Shown one piece after another: positions 24,735 through 37,010 of a stretch of DNA of 64,000 nucleotides (position 1 is its first letter; each line of letters starts with the position of its first letter). The translations under genes were made by a program, and so were the position numbers. The stretch comes from Squalus acanthias (taxonomy: Eukaryota): assembly GCA_030390025.1 (NCBI GenBank), contig CM059432.1, positions 42,906,001 to 42,970,000 of the forward strand. The letters are read 5' to 3'. A model generated the notes under the pieces. That model did not search any database, was not told where the DNA came from, and saw only the letters and a program-made list of their open reading frames with translations.

Positions 24735-24853
24735 AAAAAAAGAAAGACTTGCATTTATATAGTGCTTTTCATGACCACCGGACTTCCCAAAGCGCAATAC
24801 AGACAATGAAGTACTTTTTTTGAAGTGTAGTCACTGTTGTAATGTAGGAAAAC
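24735..24853 (-). mobile_element. DeuSINE (SacSINE1-like) 3' tail inserted in Penelope RT
   Basis: Minus strand cctacattacaacagtgactacacttcaaa...gcgctttggga...actatataaatgcaagtctttcttt; family name assigned from recalled consensus. Confidence 0.65.
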
Positions 24854-25497
24854 ATCAAGAATGTTACTATGGGAAACCACATGAGTCCCAGTTATGCTTA
24901 TTTTTTCACAAGATTTATGGAACACCCCTGGTTGGGTGAAAAATCACATTTTCTGCTGTCCTCTCTGCTTTGTGAGTGACCATTACTTTGGTTATCGCAC
25001 AATCCATAAGGTTACAGGAAATTGAGAGCCCACCACAGTTATGTTCAGTCAGTAATTTGGAGGCATGTCTGAGTACATTCCTGGCCTATCCTAGGATTTT
25101 TGCCACATGCACCTCTAATTAGCCCAGCAAGACCTATGTCCACTGAGAGCAGACTAGGCACTTTACAGCCTTCTGGACTCAACATAGAGTTCAACAATTT
25201 CAGACCATAACCTCTGCCCCATCCTTTTTTTCCCATTTTTTTTTCTCTCTCCCACATGGCAGCTGTCTTTTATTCTGCCAGTGCCATTTACATTTCATCT
25301 AGAGCCATATTTTGTTTCTTAACTTGTCCCATTACCATCTCCTTTTGCCTTGCACCATCTCTTAATCTCTCTTAATGTCTCTTAATCTCTCCTGCCTTCC
25401 ATCCTATCACAGACCTTCCCTTTTGTTCTTTCCTCCCCTCCCCCCTTTCCCTGCCCCTGCACTTGCTTAAAAACCTGTTCCATCTCCAGCTTTTTCC

Positions 25498-25534
25498 AGT
25501 TCTGACGAAGGGTCATCGACCTGAAACATTAACT
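25498..25534 (+). ncRNA. Minimal hammerhead ribozyme motif of Penelope pLTR (mutated)
   Basis: AGTT-CTGACGA-A-GGGTC atc GACCT-GAAA-C-A-TT-AACT; stem III palindrome ACGT changed to ACAT. Confidence 0.6.
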
Positions 25535-26909
25535 CTGTTTCTCCACAGATGCTGCCTGACCTGCTGAGTATTTCCAGCATTTTCTGTTTTTATTTGAGAG
25601 CAGACACAGGTTGTGTTCTGGGTCTAAAGTAGGCACAAAAGTTAAAAGGTAAACAGCAATCAAGTGGAGAAGGAGTGATGCTGTTGGGACAGTGAATTCC
25701 CCAGCTTCACAACTCTCAGTGTAAAGAAATTGTTCTTGCTCACTGTTCTGAATCTCTTATAATTAATCTTGTATCTATGGCCATTGTGCTAGACTGCTCA
25801 ATTGATGAAACAGTCTATGTCTATCCACTCTGCCTGCTGTTATTTTTTTACCAATATGTATCAACTCACACTTACTGACATTAAATTCCATCTGACACTT
25901 TTTAGCCCATTCCCCCATTTTATCAATAATCTTTGCAGCTTCCTTTGATCTTCTAAAGAATTAACTATACCTCCTATATTGGTACCATCTACAAATTTCG
26001 ATACCACTCCCTCTATGGCTATATCCAAATCAGTAATACATACAGAAGTGCCCCAGAGCTGAAACTTATGGGATCCTACCAGCCACTGCCAATCGCTCTG
26101 AAAAAAAATCCCTCAACACTTTACTCCCTTGTAACCAAATTTTAATCCAGTTTGATCCCCTTAATTCCATTCTCCTTAATCTTTTTTAGTAATCTCCCAT
26201 GTCATACATTGCCAAAGGCTCTCCTAAAGTCAATGTACACTACATCCATTGCATTTCCCCCATTTATTGTGTCTGTTACTTCCTCAGTGATTCTGTGAAG
26301 TTTTTCAAGCACGATTCTCCCTTTTGAAATCTGTGCTGGTTGCATTTAACTATTTACTCTTTATCTATATACATGGTAATCTCATCCTTAAAGACTCTAA
26401 AATTTATGCTACCACAGATATTAAGCTAACTGGCCTGTAATTACCCACATTTAAAATTACTCTTTTAAAAATGGGTACTACATTTGCCACTCTCCAGTCC
26501 TCTGGCACTCAATAAAGCCATAAAATATAAATTCTAGGGCCTCGGAAATTTCCTCCCTCAGCATCCTAGGATGCATCCCATCAGGTCCTGGTGCTTTATC
26601 TTCATTTAACCTAACTAAAGTTTGCCTTTCATCCATCATAATATTGCTCATCTCACTCTCAACCACTTCAGGATCCACGTCCTCTCTGATATCATTCTCT
26701 TTAGTAAAGACTGATGCACAGTACTCATTAAATACTTCTTGCATTTTTTGATCATCATTTACAAATTGACAACCCTCTCCTCTTAGGAGGCCCCATTTCA
26801 CTTTCAATAATTCTATTTTTATTGATATACTTGGAAAATACTTTACTGTTCCATTTGAGGTTGTTTGAAAAAAATTTCTTCATACTTCCTCTTAGCTTTT
26901 CTTATCATT

Positions 26910-27464
26910 GGCCTAGACATTTATTGGTACTGTGCCCATTTTACAGGCATAAAACAGGTGCCTAAGCATCCAATATGGCAGGCAGCATGCGCGCTTACGT
27001 TCTGCACCTAAGTGCACCGCCTGCCATATTGGTAAAGGCTCCTGCATAGGCTTCCAGGGCTCATGCCTGAAACAGTCATTAGGCCCTTTGCATATGCAAA
27101 TAACCAGCCTAATTTCTGTTTTATTAAATTCGTTAGCAACTGACTGTAGCATGCGCTGTGCATGCTGCTGTCAGTATTCTCAGGTGCTTGGCAGCCAAAA
27201 GGGACAGCTGGAGACGGCTACTGGTAGGTAAGTTTTAATTTTTCTACTTGCACTACTGTGGAGCTGGGAGGAGCTCACCACTGCTCACCCCCTCCCCATT
27301 GTTCCCCCCACCCCTTGCCGGAATCTGCTTACTACCTCGACATCTGACCATAAAGCTGCCTCTAGGGTCGTGACTGGAAACATTGGTAATAAACAAATGA
27401 GGCTGGTGGACCAATGTTGCAATTTTGCTGCACCAGGATTCGGGCCCAATCCAATTTCTAGACC
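26910..27464. mobile_element. Putative Harbinger-type MITE within old CR1
   Basis: GC-richer block with ends ggcctagacatt / aatttctagacc interrupting CR1 colinearity. Confidence 0.5.
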
Positions 27465-28629
27465 TTAATCTCTTTTCTTATTTTCTCGTATTTTAGTTTA
27501 GTTTTTTAACTATTATTATTTTTATAGACTTTGAGACCACCTTCTTCAATTTTAATTGGTTTCTACCTAATAGAATATACTTATTCTGTCCTTTTGAAAT
27601 CTCTTTTTTAAAAACATCTCATTGTTGCTGTGCAGTACTGAGTGCCAGTTTCTCCTTCCACTTCACCTCTGCTTGCATGCTTCTCATCTTTTTAAAATCT
27701 GCTCTAATCCAATCTGGTGTTCTTGTTTTAATGCTGATGTTTTTCCTTTCTTAAACCTTATCATATTGTGGTCACTACGCCTAAAATAATGACCAACATT
27801 TAACTTAACTACCTGATCTATTTCATTACTCATAATTTCGGTCCTGGTAGGCCTATTAACATAATGCTTGAGGGAGGAGTCATGTACACATTTTAAGAAT
27901 TCCATTCCCTTTCCTCCATCCCAATGAGTAGGTAGATAATTAAAATCTTGCAGAACAATAATTTTGTCATTCCTAATCTCTCTAATTTGACTGCAGATTT
28001 CCTCTTCCATTTCCTCCTCACAATTTGGAGTTCTGTAATACATCCCAAACAATATAAGAAGCCCTTTTTATCTTTAAGCTCCAACCATATTGACTCTGTG
28101 CCCCTTTCTTGGCTACATCAACCCTCTCTACAGCACGTATTCCCTCTTTTACCAATATTGCTTCCTTTCTTATCTTTTCTATCTCTCCTAAATATATCAT
28201 GATATGTTTATTTTCCATTCTCGTCCAGTTTGCCGCCAGGTTTCTGCTAATGCTATTAAATCTAAATATTCCTGTAATATAATTGCTTTCAGTTCCCCAG
28301 TTTATTTTCCACACTCTGCACGTTGCAATACTTTAAATTGTTTTTTTTGCTTTTTTAGAAAAATCTACTCCTTTTCCCATGGTTTTTTGTTTATCTGCCT
28401 CCTACCTTTATAACAGTTTCTTCCCCATTCATAACTATTCCATTTGATTTTATTCTTCTACTCTATATCTCTCTTCATAAATTGTTTTCTGCATGATTGT
28501 TATCCTCATGTATTTCTCCTTTCACTATTAGCTGATCCTGGTTGGTTTTAATTTCCCAGTTCACCCCCTTTCCTAGTTTAAATACCTCATCGCTTCTCTA
28601 TTTAACTGTTTTGCTAGTACATTAGCTAG

Positions 28630-29168
28630 CACTCTTATCTCAAGAAGGATATACTTGCCTTGGAGGCAGTGCAACGAAGGTTCACTAGATTGATTCTTGG
28701 GATGACAGGATTGTCCTATGATGAGAGATTGTGTAGAATGGGCCTATACTCTCTGGAGTTTAGAAGAATGAGAGGTGATCTCATTGAAACATACAAGATT
28801 CTGATAGGGATTGACAGGGTAGATGCTGAGAGGTTGTTTCCCCTGCCTGGAGTGTCTAGAACTAGGGGGCACAGTCTCAGGATAAGGGGTAGGCCATTTA
28901 AGACTGAGATGAGGAGGAATTTCTTCACTCAGATGGTTGTGAATCTTTGGAATTCTCTGCCGCAGAGGGCTGTGAATGCTGAGTCTTTGAGTATATTCAA
29001 GGCTGAGATAGATAGATTTTTGGACTCTTGGGGAATCAAGGGATATGGAGATCGGGCGGGAAAGTGGAGTTGAGTTCGATGATCAGCCATTATCTTATTG
29101 AATGGCGGAGCAAGCGCGAGGGGCCGTATGGCCTACTCCTGCTCTTATTTCTTATGTTCTTATGTTCT
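28630..29168 (+). mobile_element. CR1 LINE 3' fragment
   Basis: LEAVQRRFTRLI...LYSLEFRRMRGDLIETYKI...FFTQMVVNLWNSLP; ttcttatg tail repeats. Confidence 0.92.
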
Positions 29169-29648
29169 TCTTGATCTGATGTAGGCCATCCATGCAGTAT
29201 AGCTCCCATCTATCCTAGAACTGATGCCAATGCCCAACAAAGTGGAATCCCTCTTCCTAATACCACACCTTTTGCCATGTGTTGATTCTCTAACCTTCCT
29301 GTCCTTCCCTACTCTAGCGCATGTTTGCAGACGTAATCCTAAAAAGTAATCCTGCTTGTAAGCTTGTAATAAAAATACATTTCATTAAAGCAGTCATGTA
29401 CTTATTTACCTTCCAGAGAGCCAGAGATACAGAATGTGGAATCTGTGGCCCTGAATTTCCTTGGAGACTGGGGCAGACTTGTAGCAGGTGAGGAAAAATG
29501 GGGTAGGACCAATTAACACTGGGGGGGCGAAATTCAGTTACACCCCATTTGGGGGCAGTAACCGAATTAGCACCGGCTACGGACACGGCAATGGCACACC
29601 CAGCCCAGTCAACCCTGAAAAGTCCTCCTCAACATTGACTCTGGGAAC

Positions 29649-29740
29649 GGTAGCATAGTGGTAATGATACTGGGCTAGTAATCTGGAGGCCTGGACTAAT
29701 GATCCAGATCCAGAAGACGTGAGTTCAAATCCCACTGGGG
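29649..29740 (+). promoter_or_regulatory. tRNA-derived Pol III internal promoter (A and B boxes), LINE copy 1
   Basis: A box TAGCATAGTGG (29651-29661); B box GAGTTCAAATCC (29721-29732). Confidence 0.75.
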
Positions 29741-30009
29741 AATTTAATATCAGTTAATTAAATAAATCTGGAATGAAAAGCTAGTATTAGTAATAGTAAC
29801 CAGGAAACTATCGGATTGTTGTAAAAACCCATCTGGTTCACTAATGTCCTTTAGAGAAGGAAATCTGCTGTCCTTACCTGGTCTGGCCTGTAATGTGACT
29901 CCAGACCCACAGCAATGTGGTTGACTCTTAACTGCCCTCTGAAATGGCCTAGCAAGCCATTGTTACATTTGTTACACTCAGTTGTAACAAACCGCTACGA
30001 AACACATTA

Positions 30010-30488
30010 CAGGAAACTCTTTCGTATCTGGCACCGACGGGACCGGGATGGTGCCGGTTGATTAAAAATTCCGGATAACGGAGAGGTATATCTACCGAGG
30101 CTACTTTTAACAAACAAAAATTAAAAAATCAAGAAATGTGCAGTATAATTGGGTACTCACCTACAGAATGTTGTGTTAAGAGACTACCGGCAGCGCGGGA
30201 GAATCAGACTCCTGTTATTGAGGTGTTCGGATCGGAAGAGACTACCGGCAGCGCGGGAGAGTCAGACTCCTGTTATTGAGATGTTCGGATCGGAAGAGAC
30301 TACCGGCAGCGCCAAAAAGCTGAGTAGTGGCAGTTTGGAGAACTACCCCCACTGACTAACTCGGCCACCGCGGGAGACTCGGACTCGGCAACATTTCCGG
30401 TTATTGAGGTGTTGTATTTGGAGTATGAATTTTGCCGGTTATTAAAGAATTCTGGATATTTAGGTGCCGTTTAAACGAGAGTTTCCTG
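30010..30488. mobile_element. Tc1/mariner (pogo/Tigger-like) MITE
   Basis: TIR caggaaactct / agagtttcctg, TA TSD (30008-30009, 30489-30490); absent from LINE copy 2. Confidence 0.88.
30178..30312 (+). repeat. 58-bp tandem repeat (~2.3 copies) inside the MITE
   Basis: aagagactaccggcagcgc... starts at 30178, 30236, 30294. Confidence 0.92.
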
Positions 30489-33400
30489 TAATAAGAATAA
30501 AACTGGACCGACCACCCGGCATTGACCTTGGCACCAGCCAAGCCCAGCCCAGTCGGCCCTGCAAAGTCCTCCTCACAAACATCTGGGGGCTTGTGCCAAA
30601 ATTGGGAGAGCTGTCCCACAGACTAGTCAAGCAATAGCCTGACATAGTCATACTCACAGAATCATAACTTTCATCGCCATTACCATCCCTGGGTATGTCC
30701 TGTCCCACCGGCAGGACAGACCCACCAGGGGTGGCGGCACAGCGGTATACAGTCGGGAAGGAGTGGCCGTGGGAGTCCTCAACATTGACTCCGGACCCCA
30801 TAAAGTCTCATGGCTTCAGGTCAAGCAGGGGCAAGGAAACCTCCTGCTGATTACCACCTACTGCCATCACTCAGCTGATGAATCAGTACTCCTCCATGTT
30901 GAACACCACTTGGAAGAAGCACTGACGATAGCAAGGGCACAGAATGTACTGTCTGGGTGGGGGACTTCAATGTCCATCACCAAGAGTGGCTCAGTAGTAC
31001 GACTACTGACTGAGCTGGCTGAGTCCTGAAGAACATAGCTGCCAGTCTGGGCCTGCGACAGGTGGTGAGAGAACCAACACGAGGGAAAAACCTACTTGAC
31101 CTCGTCCTCACCAATCTACCTGTCGCAGATGCATCTGTCCAGTATTGGTAGCAGTGAGCACCGCACAGTCCTTGTGGAGACGAAGTCCTGTCTTTACACT
31201 GAGGACACCCTCCATCGTGTTGTGTGGCACTACCACCGTGCTAAATGGGAAAGATTCAGAACAGATCTAGCAGCTCAAAACTGGGCATCCATGAGGCGCT
31301 GTGGAACATCAGCAGCAACAGAATTGTATTCCACCACAATCTGCAGCCTCATGGCCCGGCATATCCCTCACTCTACCATTACCATCAAGCCAGGGGACCA
31401 ACCCTGCTTCAATGAGGAGTGTAGAAGAGCATGCCAGGAGCAGCACCAGGCGTACCTAAAAATGAAGTGCCAACCTGGGGAAGCTGCAACACAGGACTAC
31501 ATGCATGCTAAAAAGCGGAAGCAGCATGCTATAGACAGGGCTAAGCGATTCCACAATCAACGGATCAGATCAAAGCTCTGCAGTCCTGCCACATCCAGTT
31601 GTGAATGGTGGTCGACCATTAAACAACTAACGGGAGGAGGAGGCTCCATGAATATCTCCATCCTCAATGATGGTGGAGCCCAGCACATGAGTGCAAAAGA
31701 CAAGGCTGAAGCGTTTGCAACCATATTCAGCCAGAAGTGCCGAGTGGATGATCCATATTGGCTTACTCCTGAGGTTCTCACCATCACAGAAGCCAGTCTT
31801 CAGCTAATTCGATTCACTCCACGTGATATCAAGAAATGGTTGAGCACACTGGATACAGCAAAGGCTATGGGCCCTGACAACATTCCGCCTGTCGTGTTGA
31901 AGACTTGTGCTCCAGAACTAGCCACGCCTCTAGCCAAGCTGTTCCAGTACAGCTACAACACTGGCATCTATCCGACAATGTGGAAAACTGCCCAGGTATG
32001 TCCTGTCCACAAAATGCAGGACAAATCCAAACTGGCCAATTACCGCCCCATCAGTCTACTCTCAATCATCAGCAAAGTGATGGAAGGTGTCGTCGACAGT
32101 GCTATCAAGCGCCACTTACTCACCAATAACCTGCTCACTGATGCCCAGTAGGGTTTCGCCAGGAACGCTCGGCTCCCAACCTCATTACAGCCTTTGTCCA
32201 AACATGGACAAAGGAGCTGAATTCCAGAGGTGAGGTGAAAGTGACTGCCCTTGACATCAAGGCAGCATTTGACTGAGTGTGTCATCAAGGACCCCTAGTA
32301 AAACTGAAGTCAATCCGAATCGGGGAGGGAAACTCTCCACTGGCTGGAGTCATACCTAGCACAAAGGAAGATGGTTGTGGTCGTAGAAGGTCAATTATCA
32401 CAGCCCCAGGACATCGCTGCAGTAGTTCCTCAGGGCAGTGTCCTAGGCCCAACCATCTTCAACTGCTTCATCAGTGACCTTCCCTCCAACATAAGGTCAG
32501 AAATAGGGATGTTCGCTGATGACTGCACAGTGTTCAGTGCCATTCACAACACCTCAGATAATGAAGCAGTCCATGCCCCGCATGCAACAAGACCTGGACG
32601 ACGTTCAGGTTTGGGCTGATAAGTGGCAGGTAACATTCGCGCCATACAAATGCCAGGCAATGACTATCTCCAACAAGTGAGAGTCTAACCACCGCCCCTT
32701 GACATTCAAATGTATTACCATTGCCGAATCCCCCACCATCAACATCCTGGGGGTAACCATTGACCAGAAATTTAACTGGACCAGCCACATAAATACTGTG
32801 GCAACAAGAGCAGGTCAGACGTTAGCTATTCTGCGGCGAGTGTTTCACTTCCTGACTCCCCAAAGCCTTTCCACTGTCCACAAGGCACAAGTGATGGAAT
32901 ATTCTCCACTTGCCTGGATGAGTGCAGCTCCAACAACACTCAAGATGCTCGACACCATCCACAACAAAGCAGCCCGCTTAATTGATGCCCCATCCACCAC
33001 CTTATACATTCACTCCCTCCACCACCGGCGTACCGTGGCTGCAGTATGTACCATCTACAAGATGCACTGCAGCAACTCGCCAAGGCTTCTTTGGCAGCAC
33101 CTCCCAAACCCACAACCTCTTCCACCTAGAAGGACAAGGGCAGCAGACGCATGGGAACACCACCACCTCCAAATTCCCCTCCAAGTCACACACCATCCTG
33201 ACTTAGAAGTATATCGCCGATCCTTCATCGTCGCTGGGTCAAAATCCTGGAACTCCCTCCCTAACAGCACTGTGGGAGTACCTTCACCACACGAGCTGCA
33301 GCGGTTCAAGAAGGCGGCTCACCACCACCTTCTCAAGGGCAACTAGAGATGGGCAATAAATGCTGGCCTTGCCAGCGACGCACACATCCCATAAAATAAT

Positions 33401-36400
33401 TCAAAACAATTTACCACCCGGGGCGGGAGTACCGCTAAATTGAGCTTACCGCCCTGGCGAGGAAGTGGAGCACTATCTCCGGCGCTCCACTTCCTCTTGG
33501 GGTGCTGCGTTGGGCGCAAAGCACAGTAGCGCCCGAGCACTTCGCAGCCGCTCCACGTAGCATTGTCACGTTTCAGCGCCCCTCCCCTTCTCGGATTCTT
33601 GCAGGCGCTATTAGCGCCCCTGCCCGGGTGATAATCCCTTTGCACCCCCCGGAGGCTCTAACGGCGGGCGTAAAGGAGGCGAATTTCGCCCCCTGGGTGT
33701 CTATAATTCAGCTATGGACATTTCTGCTGTGGCCCTCCCATTCCCTGTCCTGCTGTCACCAGGTGCTTACCTCCAATGTGTTACACCTTGCTGTTTTTCC
33801 TCTGTTTAAAAAATGATAAGGGATGAAAATTAAATAGATAGGTAAAGAGATATCTATATATTATATCAAAAATCTTACTTAGGCCTACACTTGTTTACAA
33901 ACTTGGGGTCAATTTTCACTTCTATTGCCTGACAGGATAGCAGCTTGGGGGGAAATAATGGTGGAGGAAATAAACTAGAGCGGAGGCAAAATATGATGTT
34001 GTGAGAATAGAAATGTGATGGGAAACATACATGGTGGGTAGAGGAGGATGCACATGATGGGAAGCATAGGGAAGGGCATGCAGGCTGGGGTTAGAGGAAC
34101 AGAAGAGGGGTTGGTGGGTCTAATTATTGGATGGAGGGTTAAGTCAGGGAATTGGAGCAGGAACAGAGGGCAAGGGAAGCCACAGCCAATGGTTGGTGAG
34201 AGGAGAGGATGGCCGGTAAGGTGCAAAGCAATGGAAGGATTCATTGCATAAGACGGTACAGGAGAGCGCTGGGTTATGGAGGATACTATGCATCAAAACA
34301 TAATGCAAAGCAAAAAGGGTGAAGAATGCAATAGATGAAGTGGCAAGGGGACAGGAAGCAGTCTGTTACCTGTCACAACAAAGGGGTGGGCTAAAGCAAC
34401 AGGGATAGAGTGAAACAGTAGGGCATATGAAAACAGCCGCCAATGCCTATAAGCAACTGTTTCTCCAACCGTGCCTATAATTTGTTCAATATCATTTTTG
34501 CTAAAGCTATCATTTTTTTCCTATTTATATGTCAAGTAACTAACATTTTATATTCAATGCACAATACAGTACTTAAGCATTGGCATATGGATAAGACAGT
34601 GAAGAAGCCAATGGCTTCTATTGCACAAACCAGTGTGAGAAACAGTGCTCTTACCTTCCCACAAAATATTGGTATTTGGTACATAAACAAATTGTAAATC
34701 ATATATATCTTGCATGCAGTGCTTTGATTCATGTTCTTGTCATTGTGATACCAGGAATGTGTGAGGGGAGCATTTATTTGTTTCATTGTTTAATGTGTTA
34801 GTTTAGTTTGATGCAGTATAAGAGGTCACCTGGCATTGACAGTGCTGCATTTTGATTGGTCAGCCAATGGCATGATTTATAATGCATCCTTAACACTCAA
34901 CCTATGGAGCAAAATCAGTTGTAAATCTTGTTTTAGTTTTAAAGGGTTAAAACCTTGTCTGATTAACAGTGCCTGGCCCCATTGCTGGTTTACATTTACT
35001 AAATTGCTCTGGAGAGTGTGATGTGTTCTTTTTTTGACATTCCAATAGAGAGACTGCTTGTATGTTATGACCTGGTTTGATTTACTGTTAGAAATGAAAA
35101 GTGCTATAATTTGTGTAAGACATTTGTTGTGAATGCCAAAAAATGTTTTGTGGCTTCATTGGTATCCATCTGGTTTTATTTTTATTGTGTTTGAGTCACA
35201 TGAAATGTTGCTTAGCTGTCTTCATTTTTATTAGTCAGTATTGATTTATGGCTTTCAAAGTAAAAATAATTGGTCTGCATATGACTTACTTTACAGCTCT
35301 TGTCCAAGAGGAATGTGAGTGGCTGGAAAAGGAGTCTAAACAGCAGGAATGTCTTACAGTACACACTTTGTGAAAAAAAGCAGTCCTCCATTTCTGCTTC
35401 ATTGTGTATTTGTTTAACAGGCGCCTCCTTGACCGTTTGTGATGCTGCAGATCTCTGCTGCCGAGCACTTGTGTATACCATGCTAGAATGGTCATGTAAC
35501 ATCTAAAGCGAGTGCACTCTAAAAAATGGATAAGCATTCTTACCTGCGCTGTTCTACATGTTCTTTTTACTTTACCAATGGAAAATTCAAGGACATTTTA
35601 ATTATACATTTTATTTATGACTGCTAACAAGAGAAGAAAGTTGATTTTTTTCCATGCTGTATTTGATGAATTCCCAGCCTAAGTGAGTTCTTCCAGCCTT
35701 AACTTTAAAGACATCTTGTATTGCATGACAGTTCATAACATAAATCTATCTACATCTAACTTAGGAGTTGTACTGTGCTGAATCTTTATGTTCAAAGAAG
35801 TAGCTATAGCATGGTTGACTTCCTAGCTATGGTCTGGATTCAAACTCTCATCTCCGAGGGAAATAGGTGATGAGAGAACTTAGCACTCTGTCTGACTGGG
35901 TGTAATATCCTGCGTATTTTCCAAATGCTGTTTCTGTATTTAAAGTGCTTGAAGTAATACAGACTCTGAAAAAATTTGGTCATGATTTGCACACCTAGTG
36001 GGAACTTTCTCATGGGATCTGATTCAAAGAATGAGTTGCTGTCTTTGTTTTGGTGATAAAACTGAAGAGCACTAATAATGGCAAGTTGCAGTGTTTATCC
36101 CCGTTTACACTAGTTGGCAGGACCCTTACTGGTTGCTTAACTGTAGGTATTGTTGCCCTGTGATCAGAACTGTTCTAGTTCAAATTACAATCACAGTGGG
36201 GGCAGCTTAGCTGTTTGATAATGGTGCATGCATGTGCAGCACAGCCCAGCTATCAGGTAGTGGGTCATTTTTGTATTTATATGCTGGGAATGCTGTGCAC
36301 ACTACTAATATTGGCAGGATTCCAGTACTATTTTTATGCCATCTCACTGTTGATACTCAAAAGGTATTGGCTTGACTAGTTTAATGCCCGCAGTACAGGT

Positions 36401-36579
36401 TGTGAGTGTTAATGCTACTTTCACTTGGAGGGTTTGTTGCCAACGTTGTATACCCCTCACCACTTTCATACCTTTATACAGTAGATTGTATAAAAAGAAT
36501 TGTACAGTATCTTTCCTGGATATTATCAATAGTAGTTTTGGCACTACTGGAACTCAAAATATTTGTGGCTCAGAATTGT

Positions 36580-37010
36580 TTTAGCAGTATGACCATTCCT
36601 GACATGTCACCCATTGCCATGCCTCTCGCTATATGTTCCCTTGAATTCCCACCCCACCCAACTCTTGGTCACTCAACTACCTTTTCTGACCTCTATGCTT
36701 TGCAACATTGTAAATGGCTCCCTTGTCTCAGGCAATTTCTCCCTCCCTTTCACAATTGCCATCATCATCTCTTTCTTCTAAAAACTCACCCTTCCAACTA
36801 CTGCTCCATCTCTAACCTCCCATTCCTCTTTAAAGTCCTTGAATGGGTTGGACCTCCCAGCTCCAAACCCACAACTTACCAGTTTGAATTTCTGCATCCC
36901 TCCTTAAAGCATCAAGAACTTCCAAATCAAAGTCACCAACAACACCCTCTATGACTGCGACCAGGGCATATTGTTCTTCCTTGACCTCCTCAACCTTTCA
37001 CATTATTCTT
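36580..37010 (+). mobile_element. Old L2 RT fragment
   Basis: PSNYCSISNLPFLFKVLE in ORF 36406..36954; aaagtcaccaac...ctatgactgcgacc. Confidence 0.65.

Larger units (their letters stand above)
24610..25595 (+). mobile_element. Degenerate Penelope-like element (RT fragment, endonuclease C-terminus, pLTR)
   Basis: IKNVTMGNHMSPSYA (~24855-24900; compare PLE RT GVAMG..MGPSYA); LGTLQPSGLNIEFNNFRP* (~25154-25210); 3' ctgacgaagggtcatcgacctgaaac...gatgctgcctgacctgctgag. Confidence 0.8.
25700..29320 (-). mobile_element. Old CR1 LINE (ORF1 esterase end to RT), heavily decayed
   Basis: DKAPGPDGMHPR (26478..26807), YYRTPN...DFNY...SDHNMIRF (27684..28052), and EGFHFVGHW..DGLHL near 29170-29300. Confidence 0.8.
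29649..33405 (+). mobile_element. tRNA-headed, ORF1-less CR1-clade LINE, copy 1 (full length, decayed)
   Basis: A/B-box head; APE endonuclease (LTNIWGLVPKLGEL...PDIVILTES); RT (KAMGPDNIP, YRPISLLS, PQGSVLGP, MFADD); C-terminal WNSLP; A-rich tail. Confidence 0.9.
29523..33693. mobile_element. Harbinger-type MITE split by the tRNA-headed LINE
   Basis: 13-bp TIR gggggcgaaattc / gaatttcgccccc with TSD TGG (29520-29522, 33694-33696); arms ~29523-29570 and ~33410-33693. Confidence 0.8.

Noticed and set aside
33960..34430. Purine-rich block with Gly-rich and Pro-rich ORFs
   Set aside because: Low complexity; no domain or termini that I can support.
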